NCBI GenBank assembly: GCA_964613305.1
Contig: CAZTII010000001.1
Coordinates: 11,990-75,989 of the forward strand
Direction of reading: 5' to 3'
DNA from: an uncultured Erysipelotrichaceae bacterium
GTDB lineage: Bacteria > Bacillota_I > Bacilli_A > Erysipelotrichales > Erysipelotrichaceae
Length of the DNA: 64,000 bases
In this document: piece by piece, positions 39,555-49,562 of the stretch
Numbering within the stretch: the stretch's first letter is position 1
How the letters are laid out: each line of letters opens with the position of its first letter
Notes under the pieces: generated by a model
What the model saw: the letters and a program-made list of their open reading frames with translations, nothing else
The model's database searches: none
What the model was told of the DNA's origin: nothing
Position numbers and translations under genes: made by a program

Positions 39555-40454
39555 ATGAAAACAGTAATAGGAATCGATTTAGGTGGTACTCAAGTTAGAG
39601 TGGCCAAAATTAGTGAAGATGGCACAATTATTCAAGAATTAAAAGGGGAATCATATGGAATGGAAGGACCTGAGAAGGTTGTTCCTAATATAATCGCTAT
39701 GATTAAACAAATTGATAATTATAGTCAATGTAGCGGTATTGGTATTGGTGTACCAGGACCGGTAGACACAGTGAATAAAGTAATGAAATTATCATCGAAT
39801 TTAAAAGGATTTACTAATTATCCAATTGGAAAAGAGTTAGAAGAAGCAACTGGCTTACCGACATATTTAGATAATGATGCCAATTGTGCCGGTCTTGCGG
39901 AAGCACTATTAGGTGCTGGTAAAGGACTTCCAATTGTGTATTATGTTACTATCTCAACGGGAATTGGTGGGGCATTGGTCGTAAATGGTCAACTTATTTC
40001 AGGAAAAAGTGGCTATGCTGGTGAAGTGGGAAATCTTATCGTTGACCGTACAAAAGAACCATACAATAACTTAAATGGTGGTGCGGTTGAAAATGAAAGC
40101 AGTGGTCGTAATTTAGTTCGTAAAGGAAAAATGATTTTTGGTGATCATATTGAAAGTGCTAAAGATATTTTTGATTTAGCAGTCGCAAAAGATGAAAAAG
40201 CAATCGCACTTGTCGATGAAATGACAACTAATATTGCTATTATGTTTAGTCATATCGCTCATATTACGGATCCGCATGTGTTTGTTATTGGTGGAGGCGT
40301 AATGAAATCAAAAGCGGTTTGGCTTGATGATATGATTGAAAAATTTAAAGGATTTGTTCATCCAGGAATGCGTGATGTTATCTTTACACAAGCGCAGTTA
40401 TCAGAGCCAGGAATTATTGGCGCAGCGATGTTACCTATATCAATGGGAAAATAG
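39555..40454 (+). CDS. ROK-family sugar kinase (glucokinase-like)
   Basis: IGIDLGGTQVRVA, DNDANCAGLAE, GIGGALVVNG. ATG 39555 behind GAAAGGGA. Confidence 0.82.
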   Translation: MKTVIGIDLGGTQVRVAKISEDGTIIQELKGESYGMEGPEKVVPNIIAMIKQIDNYSQCSGIGIGVPGPVDTVNKVMKLSSNLKGFTNYPIGKELEEATGLPTYLDNDANCAGLAEALLGAGKGLPIVYYVTISTGIGGALVVNGQLISGKSGYAGEVGNLIVDRTKEPYNNLNGGAVENESSGRNLVRKGKMIFGDHIESAKDIFDLAVAKDEKAIALVDEMTTNIAIMFSHIAHITDPHVFVIGGGVMKSKAVWLDDMIEKFKGFVHPGMRDVIFTQAQLSEPGIIGAAMLPISMGK

Positions 40455-40477
40455 AAAGTTGAAAAACTTTCTTTTTA
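40453..40477 (+). terminator. Rho-independent terminator of the ROK kinase gene
   Basis: AGAAAGTT GAAA AACTTTCT followed by TTTT. Confidence 0.75.
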
Positions 40478-40492
40478 TGTGATGAAATCACA
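40478..40492. promoter_or_regulatory. Perfect palindrome, candidate operator of the fdx-copZA operon
   Basis: TGTGAT-GAA-ATCACA lies 21 nt upstream of a TATAAT (40514-40519). It matches neither the CopY box (TACAnnTGTA) nor the GC-rich CsoR type. Confidence 0.35.
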
Positions 40493-40539
40493 GAAGTAAC
40501 GTATGTTGAACCATATAATATATTATGGGAGGATTTGGA

Positions 40540-40728
40540 ATGGCAAGAAAAGCAGAAGTAGAAAAGAAAGTATGTGTAGCATGTGGAGAATGTTTTATAA
40601 CATGTCCAAAGAAAGTAATTAACATCCAAGATGGATGTTTTGCGCAAATTGATAGAGACAAATGTGTTGGTTGTGGTATATGTGAGAAAGTGTGTCCAGC
40701 TGGTGCGATTACAATGGTGGTGGTATAA
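40540..40728 (+). CDS. 2x[4Fe-4S] ferredoxin
   Basis: CVACGECFITCP and CVGCGICEKVCP. ATG 40540 behind GGGAGGA. Confidence 0.85.
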   Translation: MARKAEVEKKVCVACGECFITCPKKVINIQDGCFAQIDRDKCVGCGICEKVCPAGAITMVVV

Positions 40729-41306
40729 TGAAAAAGAATAAACAATGGAAAGATTATTTATGGATTGTAAGTAGTATATATTTGATTTTAGGGCTATTTA
40801 ATATTTTATTCGCATGGTTAGGATTGTTTTGTTTTTTTATTCCTTTATTAGTATCAATTTTTGGTAAAGGAAAAGCGTACTGTAATAGTTATTGTGGTCG
40901 TGGTCAATTGATGAAAAAAATAGGGAAAGATTTAAAATGGTCTAGAAATAAACGTTTACCAGAAATCATTAGAACACGTTGGTTTCGATTGGCGTTTTTA
41001 ACGTTTTTTATGATAATGTTTGGTTTAATGATTTTCTCGACAGTGAAAGTATTTCAAGGTTCTTCACTAAAACAAGTAGTTACTTTATTATGGTCATTTA
41101 AAGTTCCTTGGCATTTCGCTTATCATAATAATAGTCAACCTTGGATTGCTCAATTTGCCTTTGGTTTTTATAGTGTTATGTTAACATCGAGTGTATTAGG
41201 TTTAATCACCACTATTTTCTATCAACCACGCTCATGGTGTGTTTATTGTCCAATGGGGACAATGACCCAATTATTAAGTGAAGCAAGAGTAAAAATTAAA
41301 GAATAA
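40728..41306 (+). CDS. Cys-motif polytopic membrane protein (NapH/NosR-like 4Fe-4S binding family)
   Basis: Four or so TM helices with YCNSYCGRGQL and SWCVYCPMGT motifs. Its start overlaps the ferredoxin stop (TAATG). Confidence 0.6.
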   Translation: MKKNKQWKDYLWIVSSIYLILGLFNILFAWLGLFCFFIPLLVSIFGKGKAYCNSYCGRGQLMKKIGKDLKWSRNKRLPEIIRTRWFRLAFLTFFMIMFGLMIFSTVKVFQGSSLKQVVTLLWSFKVPWHFAYHNNSQPWIAQFAFGFYSVMLTSSVLGLITTIFYQPRSWCVYCPMGTMTQLLSEARVKIKE

Positions 41307-41318
41307 AGAGGAAAGTTT

Positions 41319-41528
41319 ATGGAAAAAATTAGAGTGAAAGCAACAGGAATGAGTTGTTCTCATTGTGAAAATCGCGTTAAAAAGAGTTTGCTACAATTGG
41401 ATGGTGTGGTTCAATGTAGTGTGAATGCCAAAACAGGAATGGTTGAATGTGATGTAGAAAATAATAAAGTTACATTGAAACAAGTTGAAGAGGGCATTGA
41501 AGATTGTGGATTTGAGGTTGTTCGATGA
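41319..41528 (+). CDS. copZ: Copper chaperone (HMA domain)
   Basis: [13 protein letters not shown], the MxCxxC motif in a 69-aa ferredoxin-like fold. Confidence 0.88.
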   Translation: MEKIRVKATGMSCSHCENRVKKSLLQLDGVVQCSVNAKTGMVECDVENNKVTLKQVEEGIEDCGFEVVR

Positions 41529-43726
41529 AAAAAGAAGTGCTTAAAATTAAAGGGATGACATGTGCAGCGTGTTCCTCTTCTTTAACAAAAGCACTTTGTA
41601 AGATAGATGGGGTACAAGCGGAAGTTTATCTTGCGAGCGAAAAGGCATCTGTACAATTTGACGAGGAAAAAGCATCACTTGATGATATTAAAAAAGTTGT
41701 AGAAAAAGTAGGGTTTTTTGTGGTAGATGAAACAGAAGATGAAAAACAACTTCATGAACATTTGATACGACAACAAAAAAAGAAAAGTTTGTGGACAATG
41801 ATCATTACAATACCATTGTTTATTATTGCGATGGCACCAATGATTAAAGGAGTGCCATTTCCGTCGTTTCTTATGCCAAATGAAAACCCTATACGGTATT
41901 CTTTAGTTCAGTTATTGTTAACGATACCAGTAATGATTATTGGTCGTGACTTTTATACAAAAGGCTTTGCTAATTTATGGCGTAAATCACCGAACATGGA
42001 TAGTTTAGTTGCATTAGGAACAAGTGCTGCATTTTTAGTGAGCGTCTATCATACATATTTAATTATTGTAGGTGATGGTAGTTATGTTCATCATTTGTAT
42101 TATGAAAGTACCGCAGTTATTATTACTTTAATCTTGTATGGCAAAACATTGGAATTAAATAGTCGAAATAAAACAAATCAAGCTATTATGAAGTTGATGA
42201 ATTTATCGGCGAAAACGGCTAGAATTCTTCGAAATGGTGAAGAAGTAGAAGTACTAGTTGAAGAATTACTTGTTGGTGATACTATTGTTGTTCGACCAGG
42301 AGAAATAATCCCGGTGGATGGTGTTATTATACAAGGAACAACGAGTGTGGATGAAAGTATGTTAACGGGTGAAAGTCTTCCTGTTGATAGAACAAAAGGT
42401 GATGCTGTAATTGGAGCTACTGTAAACTGTAATGGTTTTGTACAAATATCAGCGAGTAAAGTTGGGAAAGATACGATGTTATCTAAAATTATTGAAATGG
42501 TATCAGAAGCCCAAAATTCAAAAGCGCCTATTGCTAAGTTAGCTGATGAAGTAGCTTCAGTATTTGTACCAATTGTGATAGTTATTGCTTTAGTAGCGTT
42601 TTTAGGATGGATGATTGTCGGTAAAAATTTTGAATTTTCACTTAAAATATTAATTTCAGTATTAGTTATTGCTTGTCCATGTGCTTTAGGTTTAGCGACA
42701 CCGACAGCGTTAATCGTTGGAACCGGTCAAGCTGCATTAAAAGGAATCTTATTTCGTAATGCAGAAGCATTAGAAACATTAGGTAAAATCACAACGGTTG
42801 TTTTTGATAAAACTGGTACAGTTACCGAAGGAAAGCCAAAAGTAACAGATGTTTTAATAGTAGATAATGAAATTGATGAAAATATACTTTGGACATATAT
42901 CACTTCTTTAGAAAATTATAGTGAACATCCTTTATCTAAAGCAATTATTGAAGAAGGAAAGAGACGTAATGTTGAAATAAGACAAGTTGATGATTTTAAA
43001 TCAATAACAGGATTTGGTATTTCTGGAATTATAGATGGCAATATTTTAAAAATTGGTAATCAACGATTTACTGAAAGTGATATTGATGCCAGTGATTTAT
43101 CGAATCAAGGAAAAACAGCGTTGTATGTTAGTGTTAATGATAAGGTTGTAGCTTTACTTGGTGTTGCTGATACGATAAAAAGTGATAGTAAAGAGGTAAT
43201 GAAGCAATTACATCAAATGGGAATTAAAACTATCTTATTGACTGGAGATCAACAGAGGACAGCACGAGCGATTGCGAATCAGATACATATTGATGAAGTA
43301 ATCTCGGAAGTGATGCCGAATGAAAAAGCGGATGTTATTAAACGGCTTGTTGAAAGTGGTGAAAAGGTTGCGATGGTTGGTGATGGTATTAATGATGCGA
43401 TTGCCCTTGTTAGTGCTAGTGTTGGCGTTGCAATGGGAAGTGGAAGTGATATAGCGATTGAAAGTGCTGATGTTGTGTTAATGAATCAATCGCTACAAAC
43501 ATTCATCACGGCACTTCATTGGAGTGTTGCTACACTTCGATGTATAAAACAAAATCTATTTTGGGCATTTTTCTATAATATCCTTGGAATTCCAGTTGCT
43601 TGTGGTATTTTATATATTTTTAATGGACCATTATTGAATCCAATGTTAGCGGCACTTGCGATGAGTTTTTCTAGCGTTACCGTTGTAGGAAATGCATTAC
43701 GTTTAAACACAATTAAGGTAAAGTAA
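41525..43726 (+). CDS. copA: Copper-translocating P1B-type ATPase
   Basis: N-terminal [20 protein letters not shown] ([11 protein letters not shown]), [30 protein letters not shown] overlap with copZ. Confidence 0.92.
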   Translation: MKKEVLKIKGMTCAACSSSLTKALCKIDGVQAEVYLASEKASVQFDEEKASLDDIKKVVEKVGFFVVDETEDEKQLHEHLIRQQKKKSLWTMIITIPLFIIAMAPMIKGVPFPSFLMPNENPIRYSLVQLLLTIPVMIIGRDFYTKGFANLWRKSPNMDSLVALGTSAAFLVSVYHTYLIIVGDGSYVHHLYYESTAVIITLILYGKTLELNSRNKTNQAIMKLMNLSAKTARILRNGEEVEVLVEELLVGDTIVVRPGEIIPVDGVIIQGTTSVDESMLTGESLPVDRTKGDAVIGATVNCNGFVQISASKVGKDTMLSKIIEMVSEAQNSKAPIAKLADEVASVFVPIVIVIALVAFLGWMIVGKNFEFSLKILISVLVIACPCALGLATPTALIVGTGQAALKGILFRNAEALETLGKITTVVFDKTGTVTEGKPKVTDVLIVDNEIDENILWTYITSLENYSEHPLSKAIIEEGKRRNVEIRQVDDFKSITGFGISGIIDGNILKIGNQRFTESDIDASDLSNQGKTALYVSVNDKVVALLGVADTIKSDSKEVMKQLHQMGIKTILLTGDQQRTARAIANQIHIDEVISEVMPNEKADVIKRLVESGEKVAMVGDGINDAIALVSASVGVAMGSGSDIAIESADVVLMNQSLQTFITALHWSVATLRCIKQNLFWAFFYNILGIPVACGILYIFNGPLLNPMLAALAMSFSSVTVVGNALRLNTIKVK

Positions 43727-43752
43727 GATATCTGTAATGGATATCTCTTTTT
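43726..43752 (+). terminator. Rho-independent terminator of copA
   Basis: AGATATC TGTAATG GATATCT, then CTTTTT. Confidence 0.7.
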
Positions 43753-43853
43753 AAAAAGTGGACGAGGTGTATTTAATAATAATTCGATTCTAATATCAAT
43801 TGTAATATTGTATAATAATATTGTTGTCATTTAAATAGAAGGTAGGTAATGTT

Positions 43854-45020
43854 ATGCAATCTTTTACGTTTTATAATCCAACAAAAATATATTTTGGTGA
43901 AAATCAACTAGAAAGTCTTGTTGAAGAATTAAAACAAGTTGGGCCTGTTGTTTGTTTAACATATGGTACAGGTAGTATTAAAAAGAGTGGATTGTATGAT
44001 AAAATACGCATACTTTTAGAAAATGAAAAAAAGACAATTGTTGAACTTTCTAATATAACCCCCAATCCTCGTCATACCAAAGTTGAAGAAGGAATCGCTT
44101 TATGTCGTAAACACAATGTCGATTTTTTGTTGGCAGTTGGTGGCGGAAGCGTTGTTGATTGTACAAAATTAATTAGTGCTGGAATGTTTGTTGAAGGCGA
44201 TTTTTGGCACCGTCTTGTCATCAAGAAGGAATCCATTGAAAAAGCTCTTCCAATTGGCGTTGTATTGACGATGGCTGCCACTGGCAGTGAAATGAACAAT
44301 TGTGGTGTTATTAGCAATTTAGACCAAAAATTAAAACGATCTTATTCTCATGATTTATTATTTCCTAAATTTTCTATTTTAGATCCAACAATTACGTACA
44401 CATTGCCAAAAAAACAAATGATTAACGGAGCGATTGATACGTTGTCCCATATTTTTGAATCATATTTTTCTAATCCCAATGAATCAAATGTGAGTGATGA
44501 TATTGCGGAAGCTTTAATGAAAAATGTTATGCACAACATTACTATCGCTCTTGAAAATCCATATGATTATAACGCGAGAAGTAATTTGATGTGGGATAGC
44601 ACATTAGCGCTAAATGGATTGATTGAAGTGAGTAAAGATGGTGATTGGATGGGACATCAGTTACAACATGTCTTATCAGCATATTATGATATTGCTCATG
44701 GTGAAGGACTTGCGATAGTTCATCCTGAATATTTAAAGAAAGTATGTGTAAAATATCCTGAAAAGTTCGTTCGCTTTGCATGCAATGTTTTCAACGTATC
44801 AAAAGAAAATAAAAGAGATGCAGAAATTGCTTTAGAAGGTATTGATTTGTTACAACAGTTTTTCAAGAAAATTGGTGCTAAAACTACACTTAAAGAAGTA
44901 GGGATTGACAGCACGCTAATACCTGAAATGAGTAAAACTGTTCGTCGATTAACGACTAGTTATGGAGTTTTGACAGTTGAAGAAATTGAAGAAATTTATC
45001 ATTCTTGTCAGCCGTTATAA
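43854..45020 (+). CDS. Iron-containing (group III) alcohol dehydrogenase, YqhD/butanol dehydrogenase-like
   Basis: GGGSVVDCTK, ATGSEMN, and His-rich metal sites (HIFESY, HGEGLAIVHP). Confidence 0.85.
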   Translation: MQSFTFYNPTKIYFGENQLESLVEELKQVGPVVCLTYGTGSIKKSGLYDKIRILLENEKKTIVELSNITPNPRHTKVEEGIALCRKHNVDFLLAVGGGSVVDCTKLISAGMFVEGDFWHRLVIKKESIEKALPIGVVLTMAATGSEMNNCGVISNLDQKLKRSYSHDLLFPKFSILDPTITYTLPKKQMINGAIDTLSHIFESYFSNPNESNVSDDIAEALMKNVMHNITIALENPYDYNARSNLMWDSTLALNGLIEVSKDGDWMGHQLQHVLSAYYDIAHGEGLAIVHPEYLKKVCVKYPEKFVRFACNVFNVSKENKRDAEIALEGIDLLQQFFKKIGAKTTLKEVGIDSTLIPEMSKTVRRLTTSYGVLTVEEIEEIYHSCQPL

Positions 45021-45037
45021 AGAGAGGAAATAGTACA

Positions 45038-45916
45038 ATGAAGAAATTAACACGATTTCAATGGGAATGGTTTTTTAATAAGGATGTTTTAGTAGAAGGA
45101 TATTTAAATTATGATACTTCTAAAAATTATAAGGTGAAGAAAAAACATGACGTTATTAGTGCTGTGATTAACGATAACATTGATTATCATACGACGATTA
45201 CAATGAAGAATAATACAATTGATGAATGTTCGTGCACTTGTGAAGAATTTGAAAATTATGGTGAATGTAGCCATATGGTAGAATTATGTTGTGCTTACTG
45301 TGACATGGAGAAAAATGTTGCTAAAATAGGTTGTGGTTCCTTAAAATATAATATTGATAATATAAACGAAGATGATTTAAGAGGTTATGTCTATGAATAT
45401 GCTGTTTTTAATCCAAAGTTTGCAGAAGATTTTAATTGGACCTTTTTCTCACATTTTGATGAAGAATTTGTTTCAAGTTATTTTTTAGAGGTTTCTTCAC
45501 TAATTAATGATTATTTAATGTTAATTTCAGAAAATGATGAAGATGACTTCTCAGAATTAGAAGAAATATTTCTTGTTCGATTTCAAGAATTTTTCGAAAG
45601 TAGAATTCAAATTCTTATGTTTCATGAGCGATACATGGAAGCGTGGATTATTGCCATTTTCATTATGAACTGCTTTGATGAGGGTGAGAATTTCTTACAT
45701 ACTACTGCATTTAAACAAGTGACTTATATCTGCACATATGTATGGAATGGAGTTCTTGGTATGGTCAAAGATGAAACTCTTAAAAAAATGCTTTTGAATA
45801 AATTACATGAAGAATTTAATGAATTGAAACACGAAGAAATAAGAGAAATTATTGAACAATTAATAGAAACACAAAATGAGGAACCAATCATTAGAGAAAG
45901 TATTATTATGAATTAA
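45038..45916 (+). CDS. SWIM zinc-finger protein of unknown function
   Basis: CSCTCEEFENYGECSHMVELC matches the SWIM signature CxC-Xn-CxH. The rest is acidic and helical. ATG 45038 behind GAGAGGAAA. Confidence 0.65.
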   Translation: MKKLTRFQWEWFFNKDVLVEGYLNYDTSKNYKVKKKHDVISAVINDNIDYHTTITMKNNTIDECSCTCEEFENYGECSHMVELCCAYCDMEKNVAKIGCGSLKYNIDNINEDDLRGYVYEYAVFNPKFAEDFNWTFFSHFDEEFVSSYFLEVSSLINDYLMLISENDEDDFSELEEIFLVRFQEFFESRIQILMFHERYMEAWIIAIFIMNCFDEGENFLHTTAFKQVTYICTYVWNGVLGMVKDETLKKMLLNKLHEEFNELKHEEIREIIEQLIETQNEEPIIRESIIMN

Positions 45917-45923
45917 AACATAA

Positions 45924-45957
45924 AAAAGCCCTGAAATCAGGGCTTGTGTTTTTTTTA
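45924..45957 (+). terminator. Rho-independent terminator
   Basis: AGCCCTGA AA TCAGGGCT followed by TGTGTTTTTTTT. Confidence 0.8.
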
Positions 45958-45959
45958 CA

Positions 45960-46037
45960 TGGGGCGATCGACGGGACTTGAACCCGCGAGTGCTGGAGCC
46001 ACAATCCAGTGTGTTGACCAACTTCACCACGACCGCC
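45960..46037 (-). tRNA. tRNA-His (GTG anticodon), CCA encoded, with G-1
   Basis: Minus strand: G-GCGGTCG...CTGGA-TTGTGGC-TCCAG...GCGGG-TTCAAGT-CCCGT-CGATCGC-C-CCA. The cloverleaf folds by hand, and the extra 5' G plus C73 are His hallmarks. Confidence 0.9.
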
Positions 46038-46047
46038 ATGCCAAAAT

Positions 46048-46076
46048 ATTATATCTTATTAGTGTGTTGTTGTAAA
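46048..46076 (-). promoter_or_regulatory. Sigma-A promoter of tRNA-His
   Basis: Minus strand: TTTACA (46076-46071), 17-nt spacer, TATAAT (46053-46048), 10 nt before the tRNA 5' end. Confidence 0.7.
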
Positions 46077-46084
46077 GTCTTTTT

Positions 46085-48067
46085 TTAAAAATTACAATTT
46101 AGCCGTATTGCTGATAATAATTTTTTGGCGCGACGATTGAAGTCATCGATATTTTCTATCATATTGTATATAAAATCACTTTCTTGAAGGGGTTTAGTAA
46201 ATAAATAACCTTGAATACTATCGATACCAATGTTTTTAAGTTGATTATATTGTTGGTATGTTTCTACTCCTTCGATGAGTACGTAACTTTTTGTTTTATT
46301 AACTCCTTCTACAAAGGCGCATAAGATATCAAATGCAACGGAATTTTTATTTAAGTTGTTAATGAGTGACTTATCAAATTTAATGCACTCGAAAGAGAAT
46401 TGGCTAATGGAGAATAAGTTAGAGTATCCTGTTCCAAAATCATCTAAATAGATTCCAACCCCTAGTTGTTTAAAATCGTTTAATATTTTAAATGTATCAC
46501 TATTTTCGGCAAGGAGTGTACGTTCCGTTATTTCCAATTTAAGTTGATGAGGCTTAATATTATATTTTTCAAGTATATTTTTAACTATAGTAAAGAAGGA
46601 GGGTTCAACGAATTGGATGGCAGAAATATTAATGGAAATATAGAAAGGATAAGATGGATGAAGTTGAAGAAAGTGACATACTTTTTCTATGACGAGTGTG
46701 CCTATTTCCGAAATAAAGCCGCTTTCCTCAGCGATTTGAATAAATTCTTCTGGAGAAATGTAATTATTATCTTGGTCAAGTAAGCGTAATAATGCTTCTG
46801 CACCTACATAAGATTGACTTTTAAGTTCGAAAATAGGTTGATAAACAATAGTAAACAAATCATTTCTAATGGCTGATCGTAATAATTCAATGATATATTC
46901 ACGACGTTCACAATGGGCGATAAAATCACTTGAAAAAGAAATATGAAGTGGTTTTGATTGTTTTTTTATGGCGTCTAATAAATAGTCAAATTTTAAAATT
47001 ACATCTGACATCTCGGTTTTACATTCTTGTGATGATAATAGAGCTGTACTAATACTACAAGAAAATGTTGTTTCATTGATAGTAATCGGAGAATTAAATT
47101 TAGTGGTGATGTTGTGAAGAATGTCATTGTATTTGTCGTTACTCATTGGTGGTAATATAATGGCGTAGTCAGCTCCTAATAGACGAAAGGGTGTACTGCT
47201 GTATGGTAAAGTGAGTAAAAAATCGCCAATATAGCGTAAAACGACATCACCAAATAAATAACCGAATCGAACATTGATTCGCTTGAAGTTTTTTACGCTA
47301 ATTATAATGAGAATGAATTGTTTGTTATTTAAAAGTTTGTTGTTTACTGTTTGAAGTAAGGCTGTACGATTGTGAAACCCAGTGAGTGAATCAACATTAA
47401 TTTGTGTTTGTTGGGCACAAATTAAAACAATTAATAAACTGTTAGAAACAGTAAGAGCAGAAAATATTCCATTAGGGAAAATTGTTTGCAAAGTAATAAC
47501 AGAAATGGCAGCTAATGCTCCTGTGAATAGAGAACGCTTAATAGTTTTATCAATGCGACCAGTTTCTTTTTTCATAGTAAAAATAATAATGAAAGCATAT
47601 ATGACTAAAAGAAGGAATTCAGATTGATATAGTGGTCCTTTAATCAATTGTTTATTATTATCAATGTAAAAGAAGAAATGAGTAAATTGATTCATAAAAA
47701 TAGATATAATCGCCATCGTTAAGCTGATATAAAGTGCTGTTACCGCCTTTTCTAGTTTATTCATTCGATTTGCTTTTTCAAAGGCAATAATTACCATATG
47801 ACGATATATATACATGCCTGCAATTAACATGGTAACTGATTTTAATTCTTGTAGTCGACATATACCCCAAGTGGTTATTATATCGGGATACACTAAGAAA
47901 AAGCTGGCAATATTACTAATGACAACGGCGACAATAGAAAAGATGATACATGATGTAAACGATTGATTGATAGAGGTTTCTTTATCACCGTCAAAATGAG
48001 AATTAAGAGCGATAATAACGGTAATTAAGGTTGCTATTAATTCAGGAATTAGACTTAAATTATTCAT
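46085..48067 (-). CDS. Membrane protein with degenerate GGDEF domain and intact EAL domain (paralog of 1362..3413)
   Basis: N-terminal multi-TM domain. GGDEF fold with LGADY at the signature. EAL motifs GAEALLRL, EITERT, DDFGTGYSN, EGVETYQQ, QGYLFTKP. Confidence 0.82.
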   Translation of the reverse strand: MNNLSLIPELIATLITVIIALNSHFDGDKETSINQSFTSCIIFSIVAVVISNIASFFLVYPDIITTWGICRLQELKSVTMLIAGMYIYRHMVIIAFEKANRMNKLEKAVTALYISLTMAIISIFMNQFTHFFFYIDNNKQLIKGPLYQSEFLLLVIYAFIIIFTMKKETGRIDKTIKRSLFTGALAAISVITLQTIFPNGIFSALTVSNSLLIVLICAQQTQINVDSLTGFHNRTALLQTVNNKLLNNKQFILIIISVKNFKRINVRFGYLFGDVVLRYIGDFLLTLPYSSTPFRLLGADYAIILPPMSNDKYNDILHNITTKFNSPITINETTFSCSISTALLSSQECKTEMSDVILKFDYLLDAIKKQSKPLHISFSSDFIAHCERREYIIELLRSAIRNDLFTIVYQPIFELKSQSYVGAEALLRLLDQDNNYISPEEFIQIAEESGFISEIGTLVIEKVCHFLQLHPSYPFYISINISAIQFVEPSFFTIVKNILEKYNIKPHQLKLEITERTLLAENSDTFKILNDFKQLGVGIYLDDFGTGYSNLFSISQFSFECIKFDKSLINNLNKNSVAFDILCAFVEGVNKTKSYVLIEGVETYQQYNQLKNIGIDSIQGYLFTKPLQESDFIYNMIENIDDFNRRAKKLLSAIRLNCNF

Positions 48068-48286
48068 ACAGTCTCCTTTAAAAAGCGGTTTAATTAAAAA
48101 ATGATAGTTTTATGTGTGTAATAATAATGTATTTTTATTATACAATATCTATTACAGCAATTCAAATTAAAGTAGAAGTATTAAAAATAATGAATAATGT
48201 AATTCTGTAAATAACATTACATTAGTGATGAAAGAAAAGGAATGTTATTTTTCTTTGAAAATGAGTATATTTTCAAAGGTAATGCT

Positions 48287-48318
48287 TTGACTTTCATAAT
48301 AATTATTAATACTATAAT
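48287..48318 (+). promoter_or_regulatory. Candidate promoter of the transporter/amidohydrolase cluster
   Basis: TTGACT (48287-48292), 17-nt spacer, TACTAT (48310-48315), overlapping TATAAT (48313-48318). Confidence 0.5.
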
Positions 48319-48339
48319 ATGAGAAAGGATGGGGAAAAT

Positions 48340-49550
48340 ATGGGAGAATTAATTGTATCACAAATGTTTCTTTTAGCAGTATGTTTAGTTATTTTGACAG
48401 TAGGGGAAATGGTTTCAACAAAGACTAAGGCAGTTATTCCTTCAGTGTTTGTTAGTGCGGTACTATTTTTGATTGGTTATTGGACGATATTACCAAAGGA
48501 CATTATTGCTCGTGCTGGTATTTTGCCAGGAACAGCGACCATGTTAATGGGATTATTAATTACTAATTTAGGAACGTTATTATCTATTAAAGAGTTAGGA
48601 AAGCAATGGCGTGTTATTGTAATTGCTTTAGGTGGAATCATAGGTATTTGTTCATTTTTAATGACAATTGGTGTGATGATTTTTGGTTGGAATGAAATGG
48701 TTACAGTTACGCCACCGTTAGTTGGTGGTTTAGTTTCAGCTGTTATTATGAGTGAAGGTGCTACTGCGATTGGTAAGCCAGAACTAGCTGTTTTAGCTAT
48801 TTTGATTTTCGTAATGCAAGGTTTTGCTGGTTATCCACTAACAGCTATTATGCTTAAAAAAGAAGGTAGAAAGTATTATCTTTATACCGTGAAGGGAAAT
48901 ATGTTAGTGAATCAGCTGATTCTGATGAAAGTGATGAAGACATGTTTAAAAAGAAAATGTTTAAGAACTTTCCAGATAAATATAACACGGATTCATTTAA
49001 ATTTTTACGTATTGCCGCTACTGCAGCATTAGCTTTTTTCTTTTCAAATGTATTTAAAAAATTTGGTATGAATGTTAATGCATTTGTCTTATGTTTATTG
49101 TTTGGTATTGGTGCTGGTCATTTTGGTTTTTTGGAAAAAAATGCGTTACAAAAAGCAAATGGCTTTGGACTTGCTATTATGGCGTTAATGTTATTTATAT
49201 TTGATACACTTCAAAAAGCAACTCCAGAAATGGTTCTAAAATTAATGTATCCAGTTGTAGGAACAATTGTTATTGGTGTTACGGGAATGTATGTTATTTC
49301 TTATATTATTGGTAAAATGTTAAAAGTGTCAAAAGAAATGTCGTTTGCAGTATCACTTACAGCACTTTATGGGTTTCCAGCTAACTTCGTATTAACGATG
49401 GAAATTGTCAATGCATTAACTGATGATGAGAAAGAAAAGAAAATATTAACACAACATATGTTGCCACCAATGTTAGTGGCAGGATTTATCACTGTTACAA
49501 TCGTATCAGTATTATTAGCAGGTGTCATGGTTGGTTGGTTAAGACCATAG
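48340..49550 (+). pseudogene. Polytopic membrane transporter split by a single frameshift near 48871-48875
   Basis: ORFs 48319..49032 and 48942..49550 are two halves of one membrane protein. Frame 0 opens at 48870, and shifting -1 after ...LKKEGRK gives a continuous VLSLYREGKYVSESADSDESDEDMFKKKMF linker. The family is not recognised. Confidence 0.6.
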
Positions 49551-49562
49551 AAAGGGAGTAGT

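Noticed and set aside
40435-40745. Minus-strand ORFs 40435..40647 and 40488..40745
   Set aside because: They are antisense to the ferredoxin gene and to the terminator/promoter region. They have no SD, and the ferredoxin Cys motifs define the true frame.
45917-46084. tRNA-His as an integration hotspot (genomic island or prophage boundary)
   Set aside because: There is no integrase, no direct repeat of the tRNA 3' end, and no phage or mobile genes on either side. The flanking genes are ordinary chromosomal functions.
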